IMG/VR virus record: IMGVR_UViG_3300045581_000306 | Location: 1-63,361 of that record | DNA: 63,361 nt | Source: a virus | Lineage: Duplodnaviria > Caudoviricetes | Strand: one strand, 5' to 3' | Shown here: positions 52,601-61,148 of the stretch, in pieces | Position numbering within the stretch: position 1 is the stretch's first letter | Layout of the letters: each line of letters begins with the position of its first letter | The notes under the pieces: model-generated | Databases searched by the model: none | Told to the model about the DNA's origin: nothing | What the model saw: only the letters and a program-made list of their open reading frames with translations | Made by a program: the position numbers and the translations under genes

Positions 52601-55128
52601 TCATCGACAACAACTCCATAATTACGCAAACCCTCTTTGATCCGCTTCAAAGCTCCGTTCTTTGTCTTGGTTTCAATCCAATCCACAACAGAACGACCAA
52701 CGGAATCCAGATTGCCTCGCAAATTGCCTTGGATGCCGCCAGAAAGCCCTGCCAACTCGGACAGGTACTCTTCCTTCATGTAGTTCCTCAACTGATCCTG
52801 ATTGGCAAATTGAGAAAGGAATGACGCGCCACCAGCAGAGTCCATTGCCGCCGCATACTGCAATGCAAATTTGTCCAAGTCTGCATCTGAAACAATGCCT
52901 TTGGAAACTGTTTCAAAAGTTCCATCAGGATTAAGAATTTTCTGGTCGAAAAGTTCTTTCCGAATCGGAGCGAGCATATCACGAACCTCTTGGAAGTTCG
53001 ACAATGCGTGTTGCATTTCGTGATTAATGACTCGACCAAGATTCAATCCATCACGCCCCATTTGGGCAACCAGATCGCCATTGATAACGACTGTCGCGCC
53101 TTTCTGGTTCTGCAACTTCAAATGCTCTGGTTGACCAGTTCTTTCTGAAATCGCAAATCCTCTGGCAGTAGATGCCCCGGCTACATCTTGCAGATATTGT
53201 TTGATCGTTTGATCGGCTAGATTGAGCAGTTCCTGCTCTGATGGTGACAATCGAGGATTGCCCACAAGCTGACGAACTACACTCTCGGCATCGGTCAATG
53301 TCTTGCCATAAAGATCGCGATAGAAATCGTCCATTTGATCAGGACGAAGAACCTTGACTTGGATGTTATTCAATCCTGCCGCTGCGCCTGTGGTCTTTGC
53401 CAAGTCCATTGCATCAGCAAAGCTCAATTGTACCTGACGCTTGATTTCAGCCTCGGTCTGCGGAGTTGATTTATCCAGACCCTTCCTTTGCTGCGTGAAA
53501 AGATCGATTTGATCTTGGATTCGCTTCTCATCTTCTTTGCGAATCTGCGCGGCTTTTTTCGCTTCAAGATTTTTGATCTTCAGATCAAGAGCAGACTTAA
53601 TGTTGTTGACATTCGACAACTCATCGATGCTGGACATCAAGGTCGGATCAGCAGTTTGAACGAATCGTTGAATATCGGCATCTTGATCCTTACGCAATTG
53701 AGCAGGATCAGGAGTGATTACGGCATCGATCTTTTCTGCAAGACCAGTTGTAGGATCAATCAATGCTGCACCACGCTCCATGAGCCTTGCGCCACTATAT
53801 GCGCCAATGCCTGCGCCAACGCCAGCAGTATAGCCTAGATCGCGAGCAGTCTCGATATCTGGCAATCCTAGTGCCACATTCAGCACCGCACCATTGACGG
53901 CAGGCTGAATGATTGCGTTGGATTGGCGTACTGCCCAGTCTGCTGCTTTTGCTCGACCTTTGCCGCCCAATGCTTCAGGCCCGAATAATTTCTTGGTTAA
54001 ATCTCCAGCAGTCGCAGCCCGTCCTGCTCGCTCAAACATTCCACGCCTACCCGGCCCAGCTTGCCCAGCAACATCTGCAATTGTTGTTGCAATACCTCTA
54101 GTCATCTTTGCTGGCAGCTTTGCTGGCAAAGCAATAAATGTATTAGCGGAAGACCTAACAAAAGTATCAGGATCACCAACTGTGTACTCTCCGATTTTGC
54201 GAGATGCGGTTTGAATTGCCTCAATGCCAGTTTCAACGCCACCAGCAGTTTTAGCCACTCCTTTTGCAAGCGGAGCAACAACACCTTTCAAGGCTAATTC
54301 GCCTGCCTTCTGCGTTACTTTACCTGTAGCTTGTCCAAATGCTTTTGTGACTGTATTTGTACCCGGCAATGAAAGCGGATTAGCTACATCAAAAAGCAAA
54401 GCAACATTTTCATTAATTTCTTCTTTCTTTAAACCAGATTCTTTTACTAGGTCTTCGTATGCTTTTTTAGCAAGTTCAGCTTCTTCTGGAGTCGCGCCTT
54501 GAGCTAATGCGGCAGCATATGCAAGTTTCTGTAATAATGGATTTTCCGACAATAAACGAGCGGCATGATCAGGATTGTCTTCGTATACTTTTTGAGAAAA
54601 CTGACGCATCCCCTCGCGGAGCATATATTTTTCAAATCGTTCGTCTTTAGACCTTCCTAATAATTTGTCAGTAATATCACTACCAAACATTGCAAACCTT
54701 ACGGCAGCATCTGCCGCTTCTTGTGATCCCTCGGCAACTCCAACTGCTCCCGATCTCCAAGTATTGCCTGCTACTTTTAATGTTTTCTCCGCTTCTTCTG
54801 GAGATTGCGACATTGCATCGATAGGTTTTAAGATGCCCTTGTAAATAAATTCACCAGCACCAGTTCCAAGTTGTTTTGCAATATTAATTCCAGTAGGAAT
54901 AAAAGTAGAGATTGCTTCAGATGCTTTTTGCGTAAATGGCTTTTCTTCTTCAGCATCAAACAAAATGCGTTCTTGATCACGGGACAGTTCTTGACCAGAT
55001 TGCTTCATTTGTTGAAGCGTGCCTACATCTTTAATTTTAGTAGGACTATTATCTAACTCATCTTCAGGAGGTCGCCATTGTTGATTTAGATTTTTATCTA
55101 ACTCATCTTCAGGAGGTTGCCAAGCCAT
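46621..55128 (-). CDS. Giant internal virion / polyvalent protein, 2835 aa
   Basis: HEMQH zincin motif; ART-like FHGSPYDFDEF...YGYGLYF; C-terminal GPKIGSF.NN...TADLW...MQAALW domain. Confidence 0.85.
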   Translation of the reverse strand: MAWQPPEDELDKNLNQQWRPPEDELDNSPTKIKDVGTLQQMKQSGQELSRDQERILFDAEEEKPFTQKASEAISTFIPTGINIAKQLGTGAGEFIYKGILKPIDAMSQSPEEAEKTLKVAGNTWRSGAVGVAEGSQEAADAAVRFAMFGSDITDKLLGRSKDERFEKYMLREGMRQFSQKVYEDNPDHAARLLSENPLLQKLAYAAALAQGATPEEAELAKKAYEDLVKESGLKKEEINENVALLFDVANPLSLPGTNTVTKAFGQATGKVTQKAGELALKGVVAPLAKGVAKTAGGVETGIEAIQTASRKIGEYTVGDPDTFVRSSANTFIALPAKLPAKMTRGIATTIADVAGQAGPGRRGMFERAGRAATAGDLTKKLFGPEALGGKGRAKAADWAVRQSNAIIQPAVNGAVLNVALGLPDIETARDLGYTAGVGAGIGAYSGARLMERGAALIDPTTGLAEKIDAVITPDPAQLRKDQDADIQRFVQTADPTLMSSIDELSNVNNIKSALDLKIKNLEAKKAAQIRKEDEKRIQDQIDLFTQQRKGLDKSTPQTEAEIKRQVQLSFADAMDLAKTTGAAAGLNNIQVKVLRPDQMDDFYRDLYGKTLTDAESVVRQLVGNPRLSPSEQELLNLADQTIKQYLQDVAGASTARGFAISERTGQPEHLKLQNQKGATVVINGDLVAQMGRDGLNLGRVINHEMQHALSNFQEVRDMLAPIRKELFDQKILNPDGTFETVSKGIVSDADLDKFALQYAAAMDSAGGASFLSQFANQDQLRNYMKEEYLSELAGLSGGIQGNLRGNLDSVGRSVVDWIETKTKNGALKRIKEGLRNYGVVVDDQGQFSSVIGAQLNPEAMAMMRQYQRGLRDLNESLVYNSDPLKDAPEIPLTELATNRVLQERYKHSDFFEQEQVVKMTTPDGQTQEIVVPPGAKVDSFVSDYRFANGQLVDEQGNPISLGPDIPLQAMPDGTSISVDTRIARNADGSPRILSPRESKRRAKKRGEAIRKVIDEAPDDGSGVRLEDTGNGNYRGTLSPTQIAAINALPNDLVAPSLKRKIAFFNDILGRKDGSIVEIEYQAALRDGKYRALQPQMRTEIPIGFQFDKQGNFLMTTMSLSRMHDKANAWAAKRPRNLSLWGGDMTKFWDSVRQYLHNHKAGLQGHIGLHPDPAVAMDMKNRINDLFNVYRKETREANPARTTLPKRRGQDSRDVVIRSRRMDRVNSYDETALPKMPFSYELAVQNYLPAENPFAELQTPEQFAQGMEVDAELARLAAQGNVEPLELQLHEQDLLRPAEYVDVQDGKLRVRSMFDPTQAVFDPMESEPEKPSLEVVETEVEMPQERARFLSSELDKMYAAGGTDKNINAYESELEQIYQKLDSQAEDREAETEDIVEAPETTDVDTMNEPTNVILAAVNDYNSGRVDNKSQTLAQHIRATVESSGALQIPENVTDQQIEAAANDVVQYRQSLKDRIRSGTAFSNAVVAPAGIQFLPAFHGSPYDFDEFSISKIGSGEGSQAYGYGLYFSGNPNVAKSYRDKLSEVSKKPIREANAVMRQLQGRIDKGLSWNGPYNELEAPVFSLDAIDDIGQFANYLSEISQTLPDDLKEKANNIVKKSFSEGTFYSVDLDVKPEQLLDWDKPLSEQSKTVQDAVLPAIISEFKKISDAREYILKKGTKAGGKPFKPEELERFKEPMPDPLSISGKGAYRHLVNTFGGRPTEDAPKASNFLLSRGVPGIQYFDAISRGAGEGTHNYVVFDDKLIKVLEKNDKPVGPVMQFMPAEQEPQGMTGVEAPQTYRRISDMIPPLQGVEPPVRASVLPKQVEKTMKEDAGDFSVVIGGKPGKYGFEYTSVAKLQPELELSEQRKKDLLETLAPRSEEFNKKRDALMEIGNLWWENNDLLNKQNKSDEDRSRIKEVDQFLQEFMAKDDKEFTIDDAIQVAQVDRLTKRINELQRGMTPAPFKFPADRETALKSLQSAVATLFKTKKFKQFVASAAGLEGINFDNILGTWKFEAEPSFVFSAPGMTWDQAQTITKWLSVLMTQDAGIAWKPSIGLTEGAPSVYLVHNKKLTEDQILKAFEKAKQVGIDGLSVTVDGKGIKAANFDGIEGFYDKLGEIQKAAGIKNFHDTLVDSFYYDTTSDFTAEDGSTRVPDWLKGASINEKNLQDQQGRGEEAGGIGREYATTGGLSVLLRGGIDSVLVPYAKALAGEGFTFDPDRFAERYGLGQEVADYIREQLYPATGLSRSVTPILEGTEKFVVPESFYTKDGKLKTSVNDLMYALQRRSADDGFIAPGDYSPRAGQIISETIVDEVVGHMERAKQNPDAPNAIGWYDAALKRMKAEYAKYFPFLNRNSKDYNADKEFVFDSVLGITSQGNNVFENGKMAARIQFLLENGKTLPEIASEELLYDTFGGQTRAIENNLLKLDELLKNNDTQTLDKIFRKKMTVSEWNAYLKKNKNLYFKGEPLSVDGKSDQMVTGFSVFGPKIGSFINNLHGDYSTLTADLWYTRTWNRILGNVFQHASLKEAKQYDAFRKALLEQYRKNKTESYGREFKPFVKKTNSEGKEILFDYFNETELEGLTENEFGELINDPQRMLDFATALEDRFRSGQYKTKSDLRRAAKNWVENRSDPVAAPRTDLERDFQQNVMEIAQKKLRRKGIDISIADMQAALWYNEKELFGLYGAQVSGAEPADYADSAENVSELMSYGTLFQLERQVEQQDGTKKKEIVRLVPYDTELKLTKIKDAKTPEEYAQLVAARKKAIADAKKADKKLEKAELKVEETRNQLAKVDPTDQKAKQKAEVALAKAEKLLADLKPPVVAPVAPLTGIKSPVE
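55049..55122 (-). repeat. 29-bp duplication encoding WxPPEDELD twice
   Basis: 55049-77 and 55094-122, one mismatch, period 45. Confidence 0.85.
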
Positions 55129-55129
55129 A

Positions 55130-57061
55130 TTATTTTTTAGTACCCAAATCTCCGTTAAAATTATATCTTTGTCCAGATTTTAATTTTGACCACTCTTCTT
55201 GTGATTTAATTAAAATCGGTGCATTTTCTTGAATTGGTTGAAAATTAGTTTGTTTTTCAGTTTTTAACAAATTTTTTTCATGTGCTTCTAATTTATTTTG
55301 CACATCTGTTGCCCTTTTTTCTATATCTTCAAGAACTTTTAAATATTTTTCTTTGTGTAAATTCTTAACATCAAGACTGCCTTGAAGCGAAGTTAACATT
55401 TTAAGTTCAGCATCTGATAATGCACCAAGACTTCCTCCTGCCGCTTTTAAATCTACCAATTCTTGGAAACCAATAATTCCTTTTATAGTTTCGTTAAGTG
55501 ATTCAACTGTACTAGCATCAGTTGGAAATGGAAGTTTTGACAATAAATTTGCCATGCCTCCAACGCCGGGACTTACACCTCCAATAATTCCACGAATTTC
55601 AGAAATTGCTTTTTTTAATGTTTTTGCCCTATCAATTCCAACTTCAACTGTTTTAACTTGCTGCTCAACAGGCACAGCAGGAACATATGTTGTAGTAACA
55701 GTCCCGTCCTTATTAGTCACTTGTTTCAGTACCATTCCTTTAGGAACTTTCTCCATTGGAGATGGTTCATCTTCTGTAATTCTTACATAATGCAAGCGTG
55801 TTCCCTTTTCGCCTTTTTCAATATCAATTGTAGCCTTAACGCCTAGTTGTTGCTCTAAAATCTTCTTTGCCATTCGCGCATCGGCAGCACTTTTAAATGG
55901 TCTGCCAGTTAATGAACTTTCAGCACGATATCTATACTCTTCTTCAGTTTCCTGAATTGGTTCAGCAATCAATGTTTCTGAAGGCGCAGCTTCAGGTAAT
56001 GGTACTTCAACAGGTATTGCTTTTCTAATTGGTATTCCTTCCGCTCCAGATACAGGTACTGTTTCTAAAGTTTCTCCACCTACTACTGCTTTCCCAAGGC
56101 TTTCTGGATATGCATACTGTGCTTGTTCTGGAACTTTTACTGGAGGTAATGAATATCCTTCTTCTTGTGTTGGAATAGGAGTAATGGCACTTATATTAGA
56201 AAAAATTCCTTGTTCTGAAGCGGGTTTAGAATCAATTACAGGTGGATTGCTTAACCCAGCTAAAGCACCTTCAATTTTTTTAACAGAACTTGAAAGTCTT
56301 TTATAATCCATTAAAGCACTTTCAGGAATAGCCCCAAGACTTGCAAGCCGTTCAAGCTCTTGAATATTATTTTCCTTTAAGGCTTTTTCGGCTTCCCATT
56401 TTACTGATTTTGGGAATGAACTAACAAGTTTTTGTTTTGCTTCATCAAGAGATTTTTGCCTGTCTTGCAAAGCAACTTCAACTTTTTGTTCTTTTAATTG
56501 CGTAGCAGACGATACATCTGTAGATGGAATAACCTGTTCAGAAACAGATGTGTTATCAGATGGTATTTCTTCTGGTTTTTTATTAAGATTTGGTCTATAA
56601 AAGTCACCCCAGTTTATTTCACCAGACTCAACAGCATCAGTATCTTCTTTTTCTTTTAAATCTTCATTTTTTGCAGTTGCCGCTTGGACTTGTTGACCAA
56701 GCAAACTTAACCTTGCTTGCTTTATAAGTTTTTCTTCTTCTGTTGGAGTAGCTTTAATTTGAGCAAGATGAACATCTCGTAAATATTTAAGTGCTTCATC
56801 ATCTTTTTTCTCTTCGCGTTCACGCTTTTTGACATAAGCAGTCGTGATGCCCTCCAATGCTGCACCTGCTCCTTTACTCACGCCTTCAATCGCGCCAAGA
56901 CCTACTAATTCTTCTCCAGCAGAACGGATTTGAAATGGTTTATCTTCTCTAAAAGATAATGCCGTGTGCTGGATACTTGCAACAGGACGCATCCCGGCAA
57001 GCGGAGATTCGCTTCGGATTGTCGCGAATTGCGGTGAAAAAGAGTAGGATTCTGATGCCAT
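55130..57061 (-). CDS. Internal virion (ejection) protein, 643 aa
   Basis: GGSLGALSDAEL..L motif; precedes the giant protein. Confidence 0.7.
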   Translation of the reverse strand: MASESYSFSPQFATIRSESPLAGMRPVASIQHTALSFREDKPFQIRSAGEELVGLGAIEGVSKGAGAALEGITTAYVKKREREEKKDDEALKYLRDVHLAQIKATPTEEEKLIKQARLSLLGQQVQAATAKNEDLKEKEDTDAVESGEINWGDFYRPNLNKKPEEIPSDNTSVSEQVIPSTDVSSATQLKEQKVEVALQDRQKSLDEAKQKLVSSFPKSVKWEAEKALKENNIQELERLASLGAIPESALMDYKRLSSSVKKIEGALAGLSNPPVIDSKPASEQGIFSNISAITPIPTQEEGYSLPPVKVPEQAQYAYPESLGKAVVGGETLETVPVSGAEGIPIRKAIPVEVPLPEAAPSETLIAEPIQETEEEYRYRAESSLTGRPFKSAADARMAKKILEQQLGVKATIDIEKGEKGTRLHYVRITEDEPSPMEKVPKGMVLKQVTNKDGTVTTTYVPAVPVEQQVKTVEVGIDRAKTLKKAISEIRGIIGGVSPGVGGMANLLSKLPFPTDASTVESLNETIKGIIGFQELVDLKAAGGSLGALSDAELKMLTSLQGSLDVKNLHKEKYLKVLEDIEKRATDVQNKLEAHEKNLLKTEKQTNFQPIQENAPILIKSQEEWSKLKSGQRYNFNGDLGTKK

Positions 57062-57062
57062 G

Positions 57063-57620
57063 TTACATTCCTCCGAATTGTAGCCCGGATGCTGTTGGTA
57101 AAGTGAAACGATTCGTTGATTGTTGGGTTCCTCCGGTTCCTACATTCGATGCCATTGCTTGAGGAATGCCCATTTGTCCTGCGCCGGGCGCATTAGTAGC
57201 AGCAGGCCCAGCAACACCACCAGCACCACCAGCGGCAGCAATCTTTTGTTGTTGTGCAGTCGCCATATTGTAGCCAGACCCAGCGACAGCAGTCTGTCCT
57301 GCGCCTTGAGCGGCTTGCTGATCTAGCTTTTGCTGATTCTCTGCCATTGACTGAAAATTCTTTTGAAGATTGCTTTCAGCAGAACGACGAAAATCTGCGG
57401 CTTTTTGATTTTCAGCTTGGATAGCTTGTTGACGCTCACGCTCAGCTTTCTCTGCGGCAAGACGCTTCTGCTCTGCCTCTGCGGCTTTTCGAGCGGCTTC
57501 CATTTGTGCCTGCATCTGCGCTTGCTGTGCCTGCATCTGCGCTTGCATTTGCGAGTTTTGATCTGATGATTGACTTCCGCCACCACCACTAGATTTTTTT
57601 CTTCCGCCTCGTCCACCCAT
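57063..57620 (-). CDS. Gln/Ala/Gly-rich internal virion protein (MGG...LQFGGM)
   Basis: Low-complexity coiled coil; paralog of the next gene. Confidence 0.75.
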   Translation of the reverse strand: MGGRGGRKKSSGGGGSQSSDQNSQMQAQMQAQQAQMQAQMEAARKAAEAEQKRLAAEKAERERQQAIQAENQKAADFRRSAESNLQKNFQSMAENQQKLDQQAAQGAGQTAVAGSGYNMATAQQQKIAAAGGAGGVAGPAATNAPGAGQMGIPQAMASNVGTGGTQQSTNRFTLPTASGLQFGGM

Positions 57621-57622
57621 AA

Positions 57623-58135
57623 TTATGTTCCTCCGAATTGAAGACCAGTTGTTTTAGGCAAAGCAAAAGCATTGCTTGCCGTTGGTTTGTTTAATTCTGT
57701 AGTTGGCAAATTTGCCATTGCACCCATGTCAATAAGTGCTTTTTGTCGAGCCGCTCCTAAATTGTATCCGCCACCAGTTGCAGCAGTTCCTGCCGCCATT
57801 TGAGCTTGTCGTTCTTGCTCTAGTTTATTCTGGTCAGAAATTTGTTGAATATTAGAAAGAGCAGACAACTCTTCCTGCGCCTTTGACTCTTGCTGGCGAC
57901 GAAGTTGTTGAGCGGCGGCATTCTGTGATTCAATTGCCGCTTGCCGCTGCTGTTCTTCAACACGCTTGCGTTCGGCTTCATATGCTGCTTGTTGCTCTTG
58001 ATACATTTGCATCTGTTGCGCCATCTGCTGATTAAACATAGCTTGCTGCATTTGCATCTCTTGCGCTCGCAGATTTTGTTCTGCTCTAATTTGGCTTTTA
58101 CTTGGGCCGCCTCCGCCACCAAACATACCTCCCAT
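57623..58135 (-). CDS. Gln-rich internal virion protein (MGG...LQFGGT)
   Basis: ATG after an A-rich leader; shared GYN and N.F.LP motifs. Confidence 0.75.
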   Translation of the reverse strand: MGGMFGGGGGPSKSQIRAEQNLRAQEMQMQQAMFNQQMAQQMQMYQEQQAAYEAERKRVEEQQRQAAIESQNAAAQQLRRQQESKAQEELSALSNIQQISDQNKLEQERQAQMAAGTAATGGGYNLGAARQKALIDMGAMANLPTTELNKPTASNAFALPKTTGLQFGGT

Positions 58136-58160
58136 TTTATTATTTCCTTTCTTTTTATTT

Positions 58161-58727
58161 TTATACCCCGCCAAACTTTATGTTTGACATATCGGGCATT
58201 TGAAAAGTATTTGCCGCAACGCTTTTGGTTGTTGCTGTTGCAGGTTTGTAAATATATTCGGCAGGCATAGAAGAAAGTGCAGTTGTATCACCAACTTGAC
58301 TTTGTGCAAGTGCAGTTGTTGCTGGAGCAGTCGTTGTTGCTTGAGGTGATTGACTAACTTGAGCAGGAGCAGTAGTTGCAGTTGGATAAATTTCTCCTTG
58401 AGTACGCAAATTTGCTAATTTAGCTTGCTGTTGTTGACGCATATTCCCCAACATTTGTTGTTGTTGCGCGAAGTATTCAGGATTGCTGCTCAACCCTTTT
58501 GTCATTGGCGTATAACTGCTGCTTCCTCCACCTAAATTCCATTGCAATTTCCCGTAATTTTTATCCAAAGTAAATGGCTTTTTGCCAGCAATCATACTGG
58601 TTGGCAAAATTCCCATTGGATCCATAATATTAAGAGGATCAACAACTTTATTAACTGACCTCCAGAACTTTCCAGACATTCCTCCCGGCCCTTTTAGTCC
58701 TGTTTTAGAAATAATTAATCCACCCAT
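58161..58727 (-). CDS. Internal virion protein (MGG...IKFGGV)
   Basis: Shares the C-terminal N.F..P.....FGG-X motif. Confidence 0.7.
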   Translation of the reverse strand: MGGLIISKTGLKGPGGMSGKFWRSVNKVVDPLNIMDPMGILPTSMIAGKKPFTLDKNYGKLQWNLGGGSSSYTPMTKGLSSNPEYFAQQQQMLGNMRQQQQAKLANLRTQGEIYPTATTAPAQVSQSPQATTTAPATTALAQSQVGDTTALSSMPAEYIYKPATATTKSVAANTFQMPDMSNIKFGGV

Positions 58728-58728
58728 A

Positions 58729-59010
58729 TTAAATTCCTAGTTTTGCTCTAGCCTCCAAACATAATTCCGATCCGGGTTCAAATAACCTACACGCTTGTGG
58801 TCTGCAATTATAAACAGAACACTTAACTTTAGTTCCTACCTCACCTTCCAAAGCAACGCATCTATTATTTTCTGTCTTCATTAGCGGGTAGTCGGTTCGT
58901 TGCATTTCAATAGGAATGCCAATTGCGTCTGATCGATCTCGTTTGAAGATCGGCCATGACCACTTAAAACTGCAACAGGCTCCACATTTTTCACAATCAT
59001 AGTTCGTCAC
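58729..59010 (-). CDS. YkgJ family Cys-cluster (CxxCxxCC) protein
   Basis: DCEKCGACC...RCVAL.G..G....CSVY..RP.ACR.F. Confidence 0.85.
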   Translation of the reverse strand: MTNYDCEKCGACCSFKWSWPIFKRDRSDAIGIPIEMQRTDYPLMKTENNRCVALEGEVGTKVKCSVYNCRPQACRLFEPGSELCLEARAKLGI

Positions 59011-59420
59011 ATTCCGTACATTTTACCAACGCCACCAATTGCGCTACTAGCTAAAGTTTTTGCCGCATTACCCCAAGCATCGTAGACTGCATTTTCGCCA
59101 GAACTGCGAATTTGGAATGGCATATTCGGCATGAAATTCAAGCCTTCTTTTTGATTCTTCTGAAGCATTTCAAGCATCTTCAAATATTTCTCTGCTTGAT
59201 CTTGACTTTGCATCGCATTCGACTCGGAAGAGTCGAAATTAATGCCTCTGATGCCTTCAGCAAATGCTCCAAGACCTTGTGCTATTCGTTTATTTTGAGC
59301 TTGAGATGCATCAAAAGCAGCAAGGTCTGCTGCGGTTGCCCGTGTTGCTGGACGAACTTCTGCTTGTGGGTTGAATGCTCCACCCGGCGTTGTACTTGTT
59401 GCTGAATTTGCTCCTCCCAT
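59007..59420 (-). CDS. Internal virion protein (start MGGANS)
   Basis: Shares PFQIRSxGE with 55130-57061. Confidence 0.7.
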   Translation of the reverse strand: MGGANSATSTTPGGAFNPQAEVRPATRATAADLAAFDASQAQNKRIAQGLGAFAEGIRGINFDSSESNAMQSQDQAEKYLKMLEMLQKNQKEGLNFMPNMPFQIRSSGENAVYDAWGNAAKTLASSAIGGVGKMYGM

Positions 59421-59421
59421 A

Positions 59422-60276
59422 TTATTTCTCCTTCCATTCAACAGGTCGAAATCCCAGATCGGGAATTACGATATCTTCGTAGGGTGCTAAATGTGAAATG
59501 TTGCTGATTGTTGCTTTTAACTTCGGACAATGCACATGACTGCCCTGATGCCGATCAACGCAATTCAAACAGGTCGGATAGAAGTCGGCATTCTGTGATT
59601 TATCTGGGTTGTTGACCCATTGCTTTGCGCTTGTGTGAATGTTGATCCGCTCAACATAACGAGTCGGATCAGGCTCGACATTGTTATCGATCAGATACTT
59701 GAAGATGTCGTGATCCATCCAGCCGTGCATGGGGTATAAACTCACAGGACTGCCCTCTGCGTAGCGAATTTCCTGCGACAATGGTACATGACCCTTGATC
59801 AAATCTGTATCGGAATTTTTCGTTCCAATCCACACCGATTCCCAAGGCCAATTGAAAGTGCCTGTTGGGCGTTTCAAGAAGTCATCAACGCCACACATGA
59901 ATTTCTCGCCTTCCTTTGGACGCTCGGTTCCTAAAGATAGCACAACTGCTTTGGTTCCCCATTGAAAGTAGTGAAGGAGATCAAAACGAACCTCGCCAGT
60001 CTCGGTATCAGGCCCATCTGCGAGCGCATATCGACTAGCCGGGTACTCGTAAACAGTCAAGTTCCATTCTTTAATTAATCGGTCTGAATAAGCGTAGCGT
60101 TCACGAAATTTAGGTTGGCGGAACTGGATTACAGGAACGTCAATTCCAGCTTTAAAACGAAGCAAGTGCAGCATGGCAGTTGAGTCCTTGCCCCCACTCC
60201 ACAAAACAACAGAGTTGGGCCAATTTTTAGCCCATAGCTTTGCTTTTTCAATCGTGCTTTCAACAAGTTTCGTCAT
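59422..60276 (-). CDS. PAPS-reductase family PP-loop protein
   Basis: WSGGKDS; YPMHGW.D.DIF.YL; C-terminal CLNC...C. Confidence 0.85.
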   Translation of the reverse strand: MTKLVESTIEKAKLWAKNWPNSVVLWSGGKDSTAMLHLLRFKAGIDVPVIQFRQPKFRERYAYSDRLIKEWNLTVYEYPASRYALADGPDTETGEVRFDLLHYFQWGTKAVVLSLGTERPKEGEKFMCGVDDFLKRPTGTFNWPWESVWIGTKNSDTDLIKGHVPLSQEIRYAEGSPVSLYPMHGWMDHDIFKYLIDNNVEPDPTRYVERINIHTSAKQWVNNPDKSQNADFYPTCLNCVDRHQGSHVHCPKLKATISNISHLAPYEDIVIPDLGFRPVEWKEK

Positions 60277-61145
60277 ATGATAATTGCTGCCGCGCCAATA
60301 GCCGCCCCACCTAGTGCTGCGCCACCACCAATCAATGCGCCTTTCATTTGATTCTGTGACTGCGCCCGTTGGCTTGCCGCATCATAAAGTGCTTGCTCGT
60401 ATTGCTGTCGATTTGCTCTAGAAGTTTGCTGTAAATTCAAAATCTCACCCATGTTTTTGGAAAGATAATCAAAAGCATTCTGCCTAGCTTGCCCAAGTCC
60501 TTCACCCATTGATTGCGCCCCGGCAAAAATGTTTTTTTGCCAGTCTGCCATAGCACCAAGATTTGCCGCTTCTGCCGCCATCCTGCCGCCAATTAACGCG
60601 CCGGGGTCTAGTCCTCCCATTGGTTTTGGTTGAGATTGAAGAAAACCTTGACGAATGTTGATGTCTTCTAAAATTCGCCTTCTGCCTTCTTCAGTTGACA
60701 TATCAGCAAGTGCTGATCGACCAAAAGTACTGGAAGGATCAACGCCTGTTGCGTAAGAAGCGGCAATACCTTTGTTCTGCAACCACTCATCCATTAAATT
60801 TTTAAAAGCAGGAGCAGATGTGGCTTGCTCAATTTGTTCTGGCAACTGGTAGCGCATACGAGCAGTTGCAGGAGAAAGCATTTGCTCAAATCTACGGGAT
60901 GTAGCCTCGTTACTTAATCCAAACTCTGCTGCCTGACGAGATGTTTTATCTGCATCAAAAGTTTGCATGAGAGGTTGCGTTTTGGAATAAAGATCAAAAA
61001 GCTGACCTTGAGTTTGCAATCCTGCAATTTGACCTTCCAAAGCACCACGGCCCATTTCTTGTTTTTGAGATAATAAAGCACCTTCCTGACTCATATCAGG
61101 ACGACTCATATATCTGCCAGCTTCAACTGTTGCTACACCTCCCAT
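60273..61145 (-). CDS. DNA-ejection/pilot protein (MGG start, hydrophobic Gly/Ala C-terminus)
   Basis: Q/A-rich; ends GALIGGGAALGGAAIGAAAIII. Confidence 0.7.
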   Translation of the reverse strand: MGGVATVEAGRYMSRPDMSQEGALLSQKQEMGRGALEGQIAGLQTQGQLFDLYSKTQPLMQTFDADKTSRQAAEFGLSNEATSRRFEQMLSPATARMRYQLPEQIEQATSAPAFKNLMDEWLQNKGIAASYATGVDPSSTFGRSALADMSTEEGRRRILEDINIRQGFLQSQPKPMGGLDPGALIGGRMAAEAANLGAMADWQKNIFAGAQSMGEGLGQARQNAFDYLSKNMGEILNLQQTSRANRQQYEQALYDAASQRAQSQNQMKGALIGGGAALGGAAIGAAAIII

Positions 61146-61148
61146 AAA

